Shown: one piece after another, positions 9,030 through 19,265 of the stretch
Position numbering within the stretch: the stretch's first letter is position 1
Layout of the letters: each line of letters opens with the position of its first letter
Source: Eubacteriales bacterium
GTDB lineage: Bacteria > Bacillota > Clostridia > Oscillospirales > CAG-272
DNA: 64,000 nucleotides
Direction of reading: 5' to 3'
Assembly: GCA_045646945.1 (NCBI GenBank)
Contig: JAZRLS010000062.1
Location: forward strand, 26,618 to 90,617
The notes under the pieces: model-generated
Seen by the model: only the letters and a program-made list of their open reading frames with translations
Database searches by the model: none
Told to the model about the DNA's origin: nothing
Translations under genes and position numbers: made by a program

Positions 9030-11039
9030 TTATTCAGCAACTTCCTCAGCTACGTCCTCAGGCATAGCCTCAGCTTCTGCCTGTGCCTCGTCGAGGAGTG
9101 CTCGGATCGAAAGGCTGATCTTCTGATTTTCCTCATCGATTGCGATGATCTTTGCATCAACAACCTGACCAAGCTCGAGAACGTCGGCGGGCTTGCCGAT
9201 CTTCTGCTGAGCGATCTGGGAAATGTGAATCAGACCGTCAACACCGTCCATGATCTCGGCAAATGCACCGAAGGGCATCATGTTGACAATCTTGACTGCG
9301 GCAACGTCACCGACCGCATACTTTGCAGTGAAGAGATACCAAGGATTGGTATCGTCGGTCTTGTAGCCGAGAGAAATACGCTTTTTTTCAGCGTCGAAGC
9401 TCTTGACGAAGACGGTGATCTCCTGACCAACCGCCAGGACGTCAGCGGGGCTCTTGATGGGACGCCACGACAGCTCGGTCTTATGTACCATACCGTCAAT
9501 TCCGCCTAGATCAACGAATGCGCCGTAAGAGGTCATGCTCTTAACGGTACCCGTGTAGGTCTTGCCTTCCTCGATTTCTGCCCAGAAAGCAGCTTCCATT
9601 GCACGTCTCTGGTCGCGGAGTACGGCACGGATCGAACCAACGGCACGGTTGCCCTTGATTTCGATAATCTTGAGAGAAACCTCGTTGCCCTTGATCGCGT
9701 TCAGATCGCCGTCCTTCGGAACACCGGTCTGAGAAGCGGGAACGAAGATCTTGTTTGCGCCGACCAGAACCTGGACGCCGCCCTTGATGACCTCAACGAC
9801 CTTACCCGAAAGAACTTCGCCGTTCTCGCAAGCATCTGCGATCTTCTGCCAGTTCTTTGCCGAGTCCACTGCCTTTTTCGACAGCTCTGCAATTCCTTCG
9901 ATGTCGCTGACTCTGCCAACGCGTGCTTCAATCTGATCGCCCTTCTTGTAAAGGTCGGTCAGCTTCACAGAAGGATCGTCGGTGATCTGCTCGGCTTTGA
10001 TAATGCCGGTTACGGGGGCGCCAATGTCAAGCTGAAGCTCAGCATCGGTGACTGCGGTAACGGTACCTGTTACGATTTCTCCTGTATTTAAAGTTTTGAA
10101 CGACGAGTTGAGCAGTTCTTCAAAGTTTTCTTTCATTTCGCTCATGGTTTTATATACCTCCTGAATGACTCCCGACGGGGTCGATGCCCCGGCGGTAATA
10201 CCCACTTTCGTGTGGGCGGACGTTATTAAATCAAGCTCCGCAAGTTCGTCCGGCCGTTCAATCCAGACAGTCTTGGGGCAGATTTTCTTACAAATGCCGA
10301 AAAGCTTTGCCGTATTGGAGCTGTCCTTGCCTCCAATGACAATCATCAGATCGCTTCTCGCCGACAGTGCGGCGGCTTCGGTCTGCCTTTTTTCGGTAAC
10401 ACTACATATTGTATCAAAAATTAATCGATTTGTATATAGTTTTTTTAAAATTTCTTGACTTTTTTTCCATTCGGACAGATTTTGTGTGGTTTGTGCCGTT
10501 AAAATCGGCGTTTTTTCGCGAAATTTCTCAAAAATTCCCTTTTCTACCGCTTTCTCAAAGGCATCTGCCGTTTCGAAGGTGAGCGTATCGTAATCGAAAT
10601 AGCTGAGAATTCCGACAACCTCGGGATGGGAAGCATAGCCGGAAAGGATAAAAAGATTTTCGGGAGCCGAGTGCTCACTTGCGATTTTATGAATCTTTTT
10701 GACGAACGGACAGGTACAATCCTCATAGAAAAAGTGAGGATATTGCTCCGAAAGTTCTAAGAGCAGTTGCTCATCCTTTCGCGGAATTCCGTGGGCGCGA
10801 ACGAACACGCGAATGGGGGCGGTTTCGGTGGCAGAGGCGGCAAGAGTCGGCACTTCTGCAATCGAGGTAATTCCCACACCCTGCTCCGCAAGCCAGCCGT
10901 TATATACGTCATTATGAATCAGCGGTCCGAGGGTATAAAGACGCTCTCCGCTGGTCTGGAGAATCGCTTCTTCCAATCGGTCGGTCGCCCGCTTGACCCC
11001 GAAGCAAAAGCCCGCTTCCTTGGCAATCTCGACGATCAT
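9030..11039 (-). CDS. ispH: 4-hydroxy-3-methylbut-2-enyl diphosphate reductase fused to ribosomal protein S1 domains
   Basis: N-terminal IspH/LytB motifs (AGFCFGVKRA, LIHNDVYN) followed by four S1 OB-fold repeats. ATG 11039 has RBS GGAGGG and overlaps the plsC stop as ATGA. Confidence 0.85.
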   Translation of the reverse strand: MIVEIAKEAGFCFGVKRATDRLEEAILQTSGERLYTLGPLIHNDVYNGWLAEQGVGITSIAEVPTLAASATETAPIRVFVRAHGIPRKDEQLLLELSEQYPHFFYEDCTCPFVKKIHKIASEHSAPENLFILSGYASHPEVVGILSYFDYDTLTFETADAFEKAVEKGIFEKFREKTPILTAQTTQNLSEWKKSQEILKKLYTNRLIFDTICSVTEKRQTEAAALSARSDLMIVIGGKDSSNTAKLFGICKKICPKTVWIERPDELAELDLITSAHTKVGITAGASTPSGVIQEVYKTMSEMKENFEELLNSSFKTLNTGEIVTGTVTAVTDAELQLDIGAPVTGIIKAEQITDDPSVKLTDLYKKGDQIEARVGRVSDIEGIAELSKKAVDSAKNWQKIADACENGEVLSGKVVEVIKGGVQVLVGANKIFVPASQTGVPKDGDLNAIKGNEVSLKIIEIKGNRAVGSIRAVLRDQRRAMEAAFWAEIEEGKTYTGTVKSMTSYGAFVDLGGIDGMVHKTELSWRPIKSPADVLAVGQEITVFVKSFDAEKKRISLGYKTDDTNPWYLFTAKYAVGDVAAVKIVNMMPFGAFAEIMDGVDGLIHISQIAQQKIGKPADVLELGQVVDAKIIAIDEENQKISLSIRALLDEAQAEAEAMPEDVAEEVAE

Positions 11040-11704
11040 ACCGAGCCCTCCTTGGAAAATTCCTCTCCGAGGGTGCAAACACGGTCAAAGATCAGTCCCG
11101 TGATTCTTGCGTACTCGCCCGTCGCTTCGGGATCGTAACCAAAGGATTCGAAGGGAATTTCCTCTCCGATGATGACCTGCGTTTTGCGGAAAAGCTTATG
11201 CGTATTGTTCTTTTTGTGAATGTAAACGGGAACGACGTTGGCTTCGGCTCTGGTACAAATCAGTGCCGCGCCGTTTTTGGTCGTCGTTTCTCTGGGATTT
11301 TCACCGGGATAACGGTGTCCCTGCGGGAAAATGCCCATGCACTTCCCTTCCTTGACTAAGTTGACCGCCGTTTTAATGGCACCGACGTCGTTGCCGCCGC
11401 GATCAATCGGAAAGGCGCCGAGGACGCGGATCAGACCCGAGAGCAAAGGGACCTTAAAAAGCTCCTTCTTTGCCATAAAGCAGACCTGATGCTTGCGGAA
11501 GGCATAGCAGAGTACGACAGCATCGGTCGCCGAAATATGGTTAGCACAGACGATAAAACCACCGTGATCGGGTTCGTTTTCCCGCCCCGTAACGCGGATG
11601 CGGAACAAAAAACCAACGAGACCCGCAAAAATTGCATAACAAATTCGGTAAAAGGTACTGCCCGTTTTTTGGGGCTTGGTTTTCTTCTCTTTTTTCTCTT
11701 TCAA
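11036..11704 (-). CDS. plsC: 1-acyl-sn-glycerol-3-phosphate acyltransferase
   Basis: HX4D acyltransferase motif (NHISATD), IFPQGHR block, N-terminal TM. Confidence 0.8.
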   Translation of the reverse strand: MKEKKEKKTKPQKTGSTFYRICYAIFAGLVGFLFRIRVTGRENEPDHGGFIVCANHISATDAVVLCYAFRKHQVCFMAKKELFKVPLLSGLIRVLGAFPIDRGGNDVGAIKTAVNLVKEGKCMGIFPQGHRYPGENPRETTTKNGAALICTRAEANVVPVYIHKKNNTHKLFRKTQVIIGEEIPFESFGYDPEATGEYARITGLIFDRVCTLGEEFSKEGSV

Positions 11705-11725
11705 AGTGAAGCTCCTTTATTTAGG

Positions 11726-12406
11726 TTATTTTTCTTCAAAAAAGTTGGTTTTTTCGCGAACAAGGGCAATCACTGCTTCGACGCTCTCCTCTAAATTCAT
11801 TCCCGAATTATCGAGAAGAATCGCATCGGCTGCCGCCTGTGCGGGTGCGATTTCGCGCGTGCTATCCTGCGTATCGCGCTCGTTCATCTCACGGAGAACG
11901 TCCTCAAAACGAACGTCCTGCCCTTTCGCAATTAGCTCGTCATAGCGACGTTTAGCACGGCACTCGGCAGACGCTGTCAGATAGATCTTGCAATCGGCGT
12001 TTGGAAGAATGACCGTTCCGATATCTCTGCCGTCCATAATAACGCTGTTCTTTCGCGCAATTTCCTTTTGTGTTTCGAGGAGAAACGCGCGGACCGCGGG
12101 AATTGCCGAAACGGCAGACGCGTACATCGACATCTCGGGCGTGCGGATCTTATCACCAAGATCTTCTCCGTTCAGAAATACGTGCTGTGCACCGTTCACG
12201 TAGGCAACTTCAATCGAGATTTCGGGAAGGATCGCACCCACTGCTTCCTTGTCACGGGGATCGATTTCCTTCATGCGAACGTAATAGCCGATGGTGCGGT
12301 AGAGTGCGCCCGTATCGACGTAAACGATACCGAGTTTGGCGGCAACCGCTTTGGAAATGGTACTTTTTCCCGCGCCTCCGGGACCGTCAATGGCAATTTG
12401 GATCAT
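11726..12406 (-). CDS. cmk: Cytidylate kinase
   Basis: P-loop IAIDGPGGAGKST. Length and overall pattern are typical of Cmk. Confidence 0.9.
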   Translation of the reverse strand: MIQIAIDGPGGAGKSTISKAVAAKLGIVYVDTGALYRTIGYYVRMKEIDPRDKEAVGAILPEISIEVAYVNGAQHVFLNGEDLGDKIRTPEMSMYASAVSAIPAVRAFLLETQKEIARKNSVIMDGRDIGTVILPNADCKIYLTASAECRAKRRYDELIAKGQDVRFEDVLREMNERDTQDSTREIAPAQAAADAILLDNSGMNLEESVEAVIALVREKTNFFEEK

Positions 12407-12427
12407 TTTTATTACCTCGTTTTTTCT

Positions 12428-13675
12428 TTATTCATCCTTGGTAGCGGCAGAGTTTCCTGCCAGAGCACCCGTAGCAAAGGCGATTTGCAGGTTATATCCG
12501 CCCGTATAAGCATCTACGTCAAGAACCTCGCCTGCGAAATAAAGCCCGCGGCAGAGCTTGGATTCCATCGTTTTGGGGTTGATCTCGCGAATCGATACGC
12601 CGCCTTTGGTGACGATTGCTTCGTTGATCGGTCGGAAGCCGTCGAGCGAAATACGAAGTCCGTGTAGGAGATCTCGTAAAGCTTTGCGCTCTTCCTTGGT
12701 GACCGAGTTGACCTTTTTATGCGGAGGAATTCCCGAACGGCGAAGAATGATGGGAATCATTTTCGCGGGGAGAAGATCTCCGAGGGCGTTCTGAAAATCT
12801 TTGTTCTGATATTTCTGAAAGTCGGAAAGAATTCGCGCGTCCAAGGTTTTTTCATCGAGCGCGGGCTTTAAATTGATGCTCGCCTCGTATTTTCCCACTG
12901 TCATATCGGGGAGGTGTGCCGATGCCGAAAGGATCATGGGTCCTGTGACACCGAAGTGTGTGAACATCATTTCCCCAAAGTCCTCATAGACAAGCTTTCC
13001 CGATTTTTTGTCGTAAATACTCAGCGCGACGTTTTTGAGTGAAAGACCCTGCATCTCGGCGCAGATATGATCACGGCTGACGATCGGGACCAGCGAAGGG
13101 AGCAACGGAGTCACCGTATGTCCGACCGCTTTCGCAAAGCGATAGCCGTCGCCGTCCGAACCCGTGCGGGGATAGGACGCGCCGCCCGTACAAACGATGA
13201 CGCGGTCTGCTTGGAGCAATCCCTCGGCAAGCGTTACACCGACGACGTTTCCGTCTTCGACAGCAAGCCCTTCGACTGTTTTATAGCACGTATTGACCCC
13301 CATCAAACGGCACTGTTCGACCAGCGCACGGACAATATCCTCTGCCTTATCCGAGGTCGGAAAGACTCGGCGTCCACGTTCAACCTTGAGGGGAACGCCT
13401 GCGTTTTCAAAGAAACGCATCGTATCCTCGGTCGAGAAAAAGCTGAGCGCACCGTATAAGAAGCGAGGATTGGTGGGAACGTTTTGCAAAAATTCCTGCA
13501 AGGTGCAGTCGTTGGTGACGTTACAGCGTCCCTTGCCCGTGATACGAAGCTTTTTGCCGCAGGAATTCATTTTTTCGAGCAGTGTGACTTCGGCACCTGC
13601 CTCAGCAGCGTGGATCGCCGCCATCATTCCTGCCGCACCGCCGCCGATGATGGCAATTCTGATTTGTTCATTCAT
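12428..13675 (-). CDS. NAD(P)/FAD-dependent oxidoreductase, HI0933/BaiN-like flavoprotein
   Basis: N-terminal dinucleotide fold IAIIGGGAAGMMAAIHAAEAG, GKGRCNVTN block, C-terminal GGYNLQ motif. Confidence 0.8.
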   Translation of the reverse strand: MNEQIRIAIIGGGAAGMMAAIHAAEAGAEVTLLEKMNSCGKKLRITGKGRCNVTNDCTLQEFLQNVPTNPRFLYGALSFFSTEDTMRFFENAGVPLKVERGRRVFPTSDKAEDIVRALVEQCRLMGVNTCYKTVEGLAVEDGNVVGVTLAEGLLQADRVIVCTGGASYPRTGSDGDGYRFAKAVGHTVTPLLPSLVPIVSRDHICAEMQGLSLKNVALSIYDKKSGKLVYEDFGEMMFTHFGVTGPMILSASAHLPDMTVGKYEASINLKPALDEKTLDARILSDFQKYQNKDFQNALGDLLPAKMIPIILRRSGIPPHKKVNSVTKEERKALRDLLHGLRISLDGFRPINEAIVTKGGVSIREINPKTMESKLCRGLYFAGEVLDVDAYTGGYNLQIAFATGALAGNSAATKDE

Positions 13676-13679
13676 CGCG

Positions 13680-14543
13680 TTACCCTTGGGTTTTATCGTA
13701 CACGTCGTACTCGTCCCAAATTTCCTCCAGCTGGCGCAGGCGGATTTTCAGATCGTCCTGCTTTTTGCGGGAGACGGCAACGATGATCGCATTGATGATG
13801 CTCAGAGGAGCAACGAGCGAATCGGCAAAGGATGCCATGTCACTTCGTGCGGTGAGCACTTGGTTGGCGTTTGGCGCAATGGGAGAAGCGGGACTGTCGG
13901 TGATGGCAATAACGTCCGCGCCTGCATTGTGCGCGAAATTGACGGCGTGAATGATGCGCTTGGAATAGCGTGGAAAACTAATGGCGATCATCACGTCCTC
14001 GGGCTTGATATTCATAATCTGCTCGAACATTTCACTGCCCGAGGTGGTTTGTACGAATTTGACGTTGTCGAAAATCATTCGGAGTCCGTGTGCCAAAAAT
14101 CCCGCCAGCGAGGAAGAGGCACGAACACCCAGAATATAAATGTCGCGCGCGGCAACGATGTGTTCTACCGCGTCCTCAAAGGCACCGCGGTCAATATCCT
14201 CGAGCGTGTGCTTGATTTTGTCGGCATCGCCAAGCAGGACCTTGGAGAGGACGTCACCGTCTCCGATGAGGTTATTGGTGACCTCGATTCGTTGAAAAGA
14301 AGTCAGCTTGGTGCGGACAATTTCCTGCAGCGCGTGCTGAAATTCGGGGTAGCCCGAAAAACCGAGCTCAATCGCAAAGCGTACGACGGTCGATTCCGAA
14401 ACGTGCACGATATTGCCAAGCTTGGAGGCGGTCATATATGCCGCTTTGTCGTAATGTTCGAGAATATACGCTGAAATCAGCTTCTGTCCCTTGGAAAAGG
14501 AGGGCATTCTCGCTTCGATTTCAGCCAAAAGATTTCGTTTCAT
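13680..14543 (-). CDS. MurR/RpiR family transcriptional regulator
   Basis: N-terminal HTH (ASKLGNIVHVSESTVVRFA) plus a SIS sugar-phosphate-binding domain. Confidence 0.85.
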   Translation of the reverse strand: MKRNLLAEIEARMPSFSKGQKLISAYILEHYDKAAYMTASKLGNIVHVSESTVVRFAIELGFSGYPEFQHALQEIVRTKLTSFQRIEVTNNLIGDGDVLSKVLLGDADKIKHTLEDIDRGAFEDAVEHIVAARDIYILGVRASSSLAGFLAHGLRMIFDNVKFVQTTSGSEMFEQIMNIKPEDVMIAISFPRYSKRIIHAVNFAHNAGADVIAITDSPASPIAPNANQVLTARSDMASFADSLVAPLSIINAIIVAVSRKKQDDLKIRLRQLEEIWDEYDVYDKTQG

Positions 14544-14554
14544 AAAAATTCTCC

Positions 14555-14887
14555 CTATCGTTCATCTTGGGGCGCGGTCAGGCGGATCAGGAGCTTGTGA
14601 TCGTCGGGAACGTCTCCCTTGAGCGCCGCCTTGTTGCGGCGAATCTCTCCGCACTTTTCACAGCGGTGAATGACCACAAATCCTTTTTTGGGATCGGGCT
14701 CAGTGCGAATGGGACGAAGTGCTCCGCGGCAGGGATTGGCTCTGTCTCCCGGATTGACGTCTACGTGGAGCGACCAAAGGCAGTACGGGCAGTGGTTTCT
14801 GGAGGTATAGCCAAGGGGCGGGACCTCGCGTCCGCAATGCGCACAAACAAAGGAATCGTCGTTTTTCGTGAATCGTTTTTGTTCCAT
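14555..14887 (-). CDS. RNHCP domain protein
   Basis: CAHCG...RNHCPYCLWSLHVD...CEKCG zinc-ribbon pattern. Start taken at ATG 14887 (MEQKRF, RBS AAGAGG). Confidence 0.6.
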   Translation of the reverse strand: MEQKRFTKNDDSFVCAHCGREVPPLGYTSRNHCPYCLWSLHVDVNPGDRANPCRGALRPIRTEPDPKKGFVVIHRCEKCGEIRRNKAALKGDVPDDHKLLIRLTAPQDER

Positions 14888-14897
14888 CGATTGCCTC

Positions 14898-15644
14898 TTA
14901 CTGTTCCTTGTATTTGCGGAGCGCGCGCTTGTCGGCACCCGAGAGCTTCACAGTTTGCGTTTTTGCGAGGTGATCGTACAGACAAAGTGTTCCGTACGCT
15001 GTCTCGTCATAGTCAATTTCCTCGACGTAGTAGACGTCGGTGTAAACGGCAAGCAATTCTCCTTTGGCCAAAAGCTCCTCGAGTGATACGCCGATTTCGT
15101 CCAGATCAAAGATCAGTCGACGGTAATTGTAGACGTTTTTGGTTTCCGAGGTCACAGAGGCGGCGTGAACACGCGTCAGCTTCACCGACGCAGGGTCGTT
15201 GCCGAGATTGTCGTCGGTATTTTCAGGGGTGAGATCGGTAGCAAGAAGAAGCGTAACGTCAAAAACGTCACTATCTCTGGCGGGGACTTCGGAAAGTCCC
15301 TTGTCCTCTGCCAAGTGTTCGAGGGTTGAATTATTGTAGCGGAAGGTAATCTGAATTTGATTTGCCGCGGGGATAAAAACACTGTCGGTTACGGCGAAAT
15401 AGCCGTAGTTATGCTTGGCGCGTGTAATCATATCGAGATTCTGCTTGAACATCGAAAGTTCGCCGCCCACTTCTTCGTATGCCGCAACTACTTTATCGTT
15501 TGGGGTTACTCCCTCCATCGATTTCGGATTTCCCGAGGAGAAAATTCTCCAGAAAAGGAAGAAGATGACCGAAAAGATGAGCAAGAAAAATAAAATTTTA
15601 ATAATTCTTCCAAACATACGGAAGCCTCTGGAAGCTCTTGACAT
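14898..15644 (-). CDS. Hypothetical N-terminally anchored protein
   Basis: ATG 15644 with RBS AAAGGAG. TM IIKILFFLLIFSVIFFLFW. Confidence 0.4.
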   Translation of the reverse strand: MSRASRGFRMFGRIIKILFFLLIFSVIFFLFWRIFSSGNPKSMEGVTPNDKVVAAYEEVGGELSMFKQNLDMITRAKHNYGYFAVTDSVFIPAANQIQITFRYNNSTLEHLAEDKGLSEVPARDSDVFDVTLLLATDLTPENTDDNLGNDPASVKLTRVHAASVTSETKNVYNYRRLIFDLDEIGVSLEELLAKGELLAVYTDVYYVEEIDYDETAYGTLCLYDHLAKTQTVKLSGADKRALRKYKEQ

Positions 15645-15814
15645 TTTGACTCCTTTTCGATATAATGAATATAGTTTGTAAGTCAATGGTCCTACGTTGA
15701 TTTTTATTTTATACCTATCTTATTTATTATATCATATTTTACTTGCAAATTCAAGTGTTTTTGCAAGTTGTACTCTCAAAAGTTTCAAATTCTGTCTGAG
15801 GAAAGGAAAATACA

Positions 15815-16339
15815 ATGATGCAATACGAATGGATTGCCCAAAAAACCAATAAAACCGCCAGAAATCTCGTGACCGTTTTGCTGGTCGGTGCATGTGCTTT
15901 GATGTTTATTCCGACGGTCATTCCTACCCTTCCCTTTCGTTGGGTGGTTCAGCTGATCGCGCTTTGCCTGATGACGGCGGGCATTTTTATGACGACCCGA
16001 TACTTGACAAAGATGTTTATTTATCGCATTGTCAGCGACGGAGAAGGGCTCGACCTGACGGTGACCGAGGCATCCTCGAATGGAAAGCGTCAGATTACGG
16101 TATGCCGTGTCGGTCTTTCGGGGATTCGCCGACAGGTAATTCTTTCTTCGGCAGAGGAAGAAAAAAAGGAGCGTGTGTTGCTCAAAAATGGCAACGTAAA
16201 GCGGTTTGACTACCGCCCCGACCTTTGCCCTCAAAAAAGCCTTCTTGTGATTGTGGAAGAGGGCGGCGAAGAGCTTGCGTTATTCCTTGCCTACGAAGAA
16301 AAACTCACATCTTGGCTTGTGCCTACCGAGGAAGAATAA
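15815..16339 (+). CDS. Hypothetical membrane protein
   Basis: Two N-terminal TM helices. ORF is followed by a terminator. Confidence 0.4.
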   Translation: MMQYEWIAQKTNKTARNLVTVLLVGACALMFIPTVIPTLPFRWVVQLIALCLMTAGIFMTTRYLTKMFIYRIVSDGEGLDLTVTEASSNGKRQITVCRVGLSGIRRQVILSSAEEEKKERVLLKNGNVKRFDYRPDLCPQKSLLVIVEEGGEELALFLAYEEKLTSWLVPTEEE

Positions 16340-16344
16340 AGAAA

Positions 16345-16374
16345 AACGTAGCTGTGATGCGTCACAGCTACGTT
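16345..16374 (+). terminator. Rho-independent terminator
   Basis: AACGTAGCTGTGA/TCACAGCTACGTT stem plus T-run. Confidence 0.6.
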
Positions 16375-16390
16375 TTTTGTAATACAAAAA

Positions 16391-16419
16391 GGCGCACCTG
16401 CTTTATCGCAAGGTGCGCC
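16391..16419 (-). terminator. Rho-independent terminator
   Basis: GGCGCACCT/AGGTGCGCC stem, T-run on the minus strand. Confidence 0.55.
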
Positions 16420-16434
16420 AAGGAATCTTGTTTC

Positions 16435-17484
16435 TTATTCTACCGTTTTCGTGTGGCGGTTGATTTCAACGTCGTTCTGATCGTACTCAATATATTCACA
16501 AAGAATGCTCTGAATTAATCCGTCCTCTCGATAGGTATAAGTGAAAATACACTCTTGATTCTCCGACGAATCCTTCCGATGGCGAATATACTTGATCATT
16601 CTACCGTCTTCGTCATATTCGAAGCTTTCCATCTGCTGTAAATCGTCGTGATATTTTTCACTCAAAAGAATCTGATTATCCGAATTATAGGTCATATTGC
16701 TGACGGTGTTTTCCATTTCACTGCTGATGCAACAGCCGTCATCGTCATAGGCATACGAAATCGTGATGTCGCTGTCGGAAATCTCGGAAATCGCGCCGTC
16801 CTCGTTCAGTATCACATCGTAACGATAGCGTTCTTCTTCTTCATAATGCCCGATCGCACAGACGCCGCCCTCAATTTCTTCATAGGTCAAGAACCATACC
16901 GAATCCCGACCCTCTCGGAGAAGAATTCCGTCTTCATCGTATTCCATAACCAAGGCCGTCGACGGAAAAATATATTCCTCTTTGATCAGTACGTTCTGCT
17001 CATTCAAGGTGATACGCACCGACAACTGCTTTTCATTTTCCTCAAAACTTCCCGTGGCAACCTTGTTTCCCTCTTCATACGAAAGCTCGACAAAATATCC
17101 ATAGCTGACCCAAACGCCCGCGAGAAGACCGTTCTCGTCATAGCGGTAGACTCTGTCCAACTTGTTCGTTTCGTAACACATCGGAGCCATCGTCGAAAGA
17201 TCCAACGCCGTCACCGAAAGAAGCTGATTTTTTTCGTTATATTCAAATTTACAAAGTCTGAGCCATTGCGGATCGCTTAATCCGTAGCGAACAGAAATGG
17301 TTTCCTTTTCGTCCTTGTCCTCCGGAGGCACTTCTCCCTCGTTTTTGTCCTCTGCTTCGGGTTCACTTGTTTCCGAAGGCACCTCAGGTTCCGTGTCGGG
17401 AGACGCACAGGAAGCAAGCGTACCGCAAAGCATCACCAACGCCACTAACAAGGCACCGATGCGAACGAATTTTCTGTTTTTCAT
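16435..17484 (-). CDS. Lipoprotein with YD/RHS-like repeats
   Basis: Lipobox LASCASPD, acidic linker, repeated YxYDEDG-type motifs (YRYDENGLL, MEYDEDGIL, YAYDDDGCC, FEYDEDGRM, YTYREDGLI). Confidence 0.5.
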   Translation of the reverse strand: MKNRKFVRIGALLVALVMLCGTLASCASPDTEPEVPSETSEPEAEDKNEGEVPPEDKDEKETISVRYGLSDPQWLRLCKFEYNEKNQLLSVTALDLSTMAPMCYETNKLDRVYRYDENGLLAGVWVSYGYFVELSYEEGNKVATGSFEENEKQLSVRITLNEQNVLIKEEYIFPSTALVMEYDEDGILLREGRDSVWFLTYEEIEGGVCAIGHYEEEERYRYDVILNEDGAISEISDSDITISYAYDDDGCCISSEMENTVSNMTYNSDNQILLSEKYHDDLQQMESFEYDEDGRMIKYIRHRKDSSENQECIFTYTYREDGLIQSILCEYIEYDQNDVEINRHTKTVE

Positions 17485-17582
17485 CGATCGTTCTCCTTTT
17501 CTTTGTGCTCATACACTTATTGTAGCAAACAACGTGTCGTTTGTCAAGGTTTATTTTGTCGGTCGGATTCTCACCAAAATTT

Positions 17583-19226
17583 TCAAAAATCAATTGTTTG
17601 CGTACCGTCTTTGGCAATGTAATGCTCGGTCACGCCCAGCGCCGCCATCCATTCTCTGGTGCGGACGGTGGACCAAGGCCCTGTGTCAAATCCGCCGCCG
17701 TTGTCATTGTTCCAAAGAGAAACGTTGGTCGGCCAAAGGCATCGTTTTACCTTAATATAATCGTAAAATGCCTTACTCGCGCCGCCTTGACCGTGGTGCG
17801 CCATCTGCACGTAGTCGACCGTCAGATCTGCATACGAACAATTCGCCATGATCTCCTCTGCCGCATACGGGCCGATATCTCCCAAAATCAAAAAGCTTGC
17901 GCGCTCGTTCTCCACGCGGTACACCGAGGACGCCTCATTGGTAAAATCTCCCTTCGTCAGACTCGGGTTATATACACGAAGCACCTTGACCTGAACACCG
18001 TCAAAGGTAAACGTTTCGTTGGTTGCCGTAACGTGCAAACGGCCCTCGAAGCGCTGATCAAACAAATTCAGGACGTTCTTCCACATATTGGTCTCATTGC
18101 CGCCGCGTCCGTACTGCGCCATCGCCTCCAGCGTCGGCACGTTGTAATACACCTTGCCAATCTCTATTTCGGAATGTTGAGTAACCACAAAATAAAAGGC
18201 GCTGATATGGTCCGAATGTGGATGCGTAAAGAACCACGCATCGACTCTCGAATCGGCTTTGGTATTCAAAAGCTCCGCAAGCTGATGTCCGTCCGCCTCT
18301 GTTCTTCCGCCGTCAAATACGATCGTCTTGTGCTTGGTCAGCACCACCGCGCCAAACATATTGACGTCCGAGGTTGTTCCCATCAGATAGAATTGAGCCA
18401 TCGTATCCGTGTCCTTGGTTCGAAGCATCAATTCATCCGAATACACCTCAAGCGTAGGATCGTATGCCTGATAAAGATAGGTCTGATTTCCGTCCAGCCG
18501 AACACGGACACGCATCAGATATCCCAAATTGTTCGCCAGTTTGGAGATCGACGCGCCGTACTCCTTCCATTCTCCGTCCGCCAAAGAGATGCGAAGCATC
18601 GGCTTCGTAGGGCGATCCTTGGTCGTCCAACGAATTTCATAAAGGTCGGTGCGAAAGCTGGTGAGTTGCGTCACAAAGGAGCGCGGAAGATTGTCGGGAT
18701 CGGGCTCCTTCGGCGGTACTCCCAAGGGATCACCGTGGAAAAACGTCTCATTTCCCGCCTTGCCACAGCCGCGGCAAGATTTGTAATAGATTGCCGCAGA
18801 TGCCTCCGTTGCCGCACTCTTCAAATACTGAGGAGCAACGACCTCATTGTCAAACATACAAACGCCAATTTCTTCCGCAAAAAAGCTCTCGTCCGACGCC
18901 TCTCCGCAGACCGCGCAAGAGTAGTAATACTCCGCACCGCTCTGACAAGTCGCATCAAATTTCAAATATTGCACATCTGTGCTCTCACACAGATAGTGCT
19001 CAGAGAGTGCTGCCTCCGACGTAAAATATTCCTCACCGACCGCGCCACATTCACAGCTGTAATAATAGGTCGCCCTCTCAAGGCAGGTCGCCGACGAGCG
19101 CAAAAAGCACTCCTCTTCCACTGCCAAGCAAAAATCACACTCGTGAGAGGTTTCGCAAGCGGTAAGCAACAAAGATATCGCGAAGATTAATACCAAAACC
19201 AAGGCTGTACAACGTTTTAACATCAT
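17583..19226 (-). CDS. Lipoprotein with Cys-rich N-terminal repeats and an MBL-fold hydrolase domain
   Basis: Lipobox LLLTACE. Three YYYSCxxCG repeats. Metallo-beta-lactamase motif THPHSDH. Confidence 0.65.
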   Translation of the reverse strand: MMLKRCTALVLVLIFAISLLLTACETSHECDFCLAVEEECFLRSSATCLERATYYYSCECGAVGEEYFTSEAALSEHYLCESTDVQYLKFDATCQSGAEYYYSCAVCGEASDESFFAEEIGVCMFDNEVVAPQYLKSAATEASAAIYYKSCRGCGKAGNETFFHGDPLGVPPKEPDPDNLPRSFVTQLTSFRTDLYEIRWTTKDRPTKPMLRISLADGEWKEYGASISKLANNLGYLMRVRVRLDGNQTYLYQAYDPTLEVYSDELMLRTKDTDTMAQFYLMGTTSDVNMFGAVVLTKHKTIVFDGGRTEADGHQLAELLNTKADSRVDAWFFTHPHSDHISAFYFVVTQHSEIEIGKVYYNVPTLEAMAQYGRGGNETNMWKNVLNLFDQRFEGRLHVTATNETFTFDGVQVKVLRVYNPSLTKGDFTNEASSVYRVENERASFLILGDIGPYAAEEIMANCSYADLTVDYVQMAHHGQGGASKAFYDYIKVKRCLWPTNVSLWNNDNGGGFDTGPWSTVRTREWMAALGVTEHYIAKDGTQTIDF

Positions 19227-19265
19227 AAAATTCTCCTTTGGCTGAAATTTGTATCAAACGCACGA

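Noticed and set aside
17541-19190. 549-aa ORF antisense to the MBL-fold lipoprotein gene (likewise 52510-53730 opposite the liv binding protein, 8147-8923 opposite the ABC ATPase, and 13293-14474 opposite the flavoprotein/RpiR genes)
   Set aside because: Each is opposite a gene with clear family motifs. They are Arg-rich and have no translation signals, so they are shadow ORFs.
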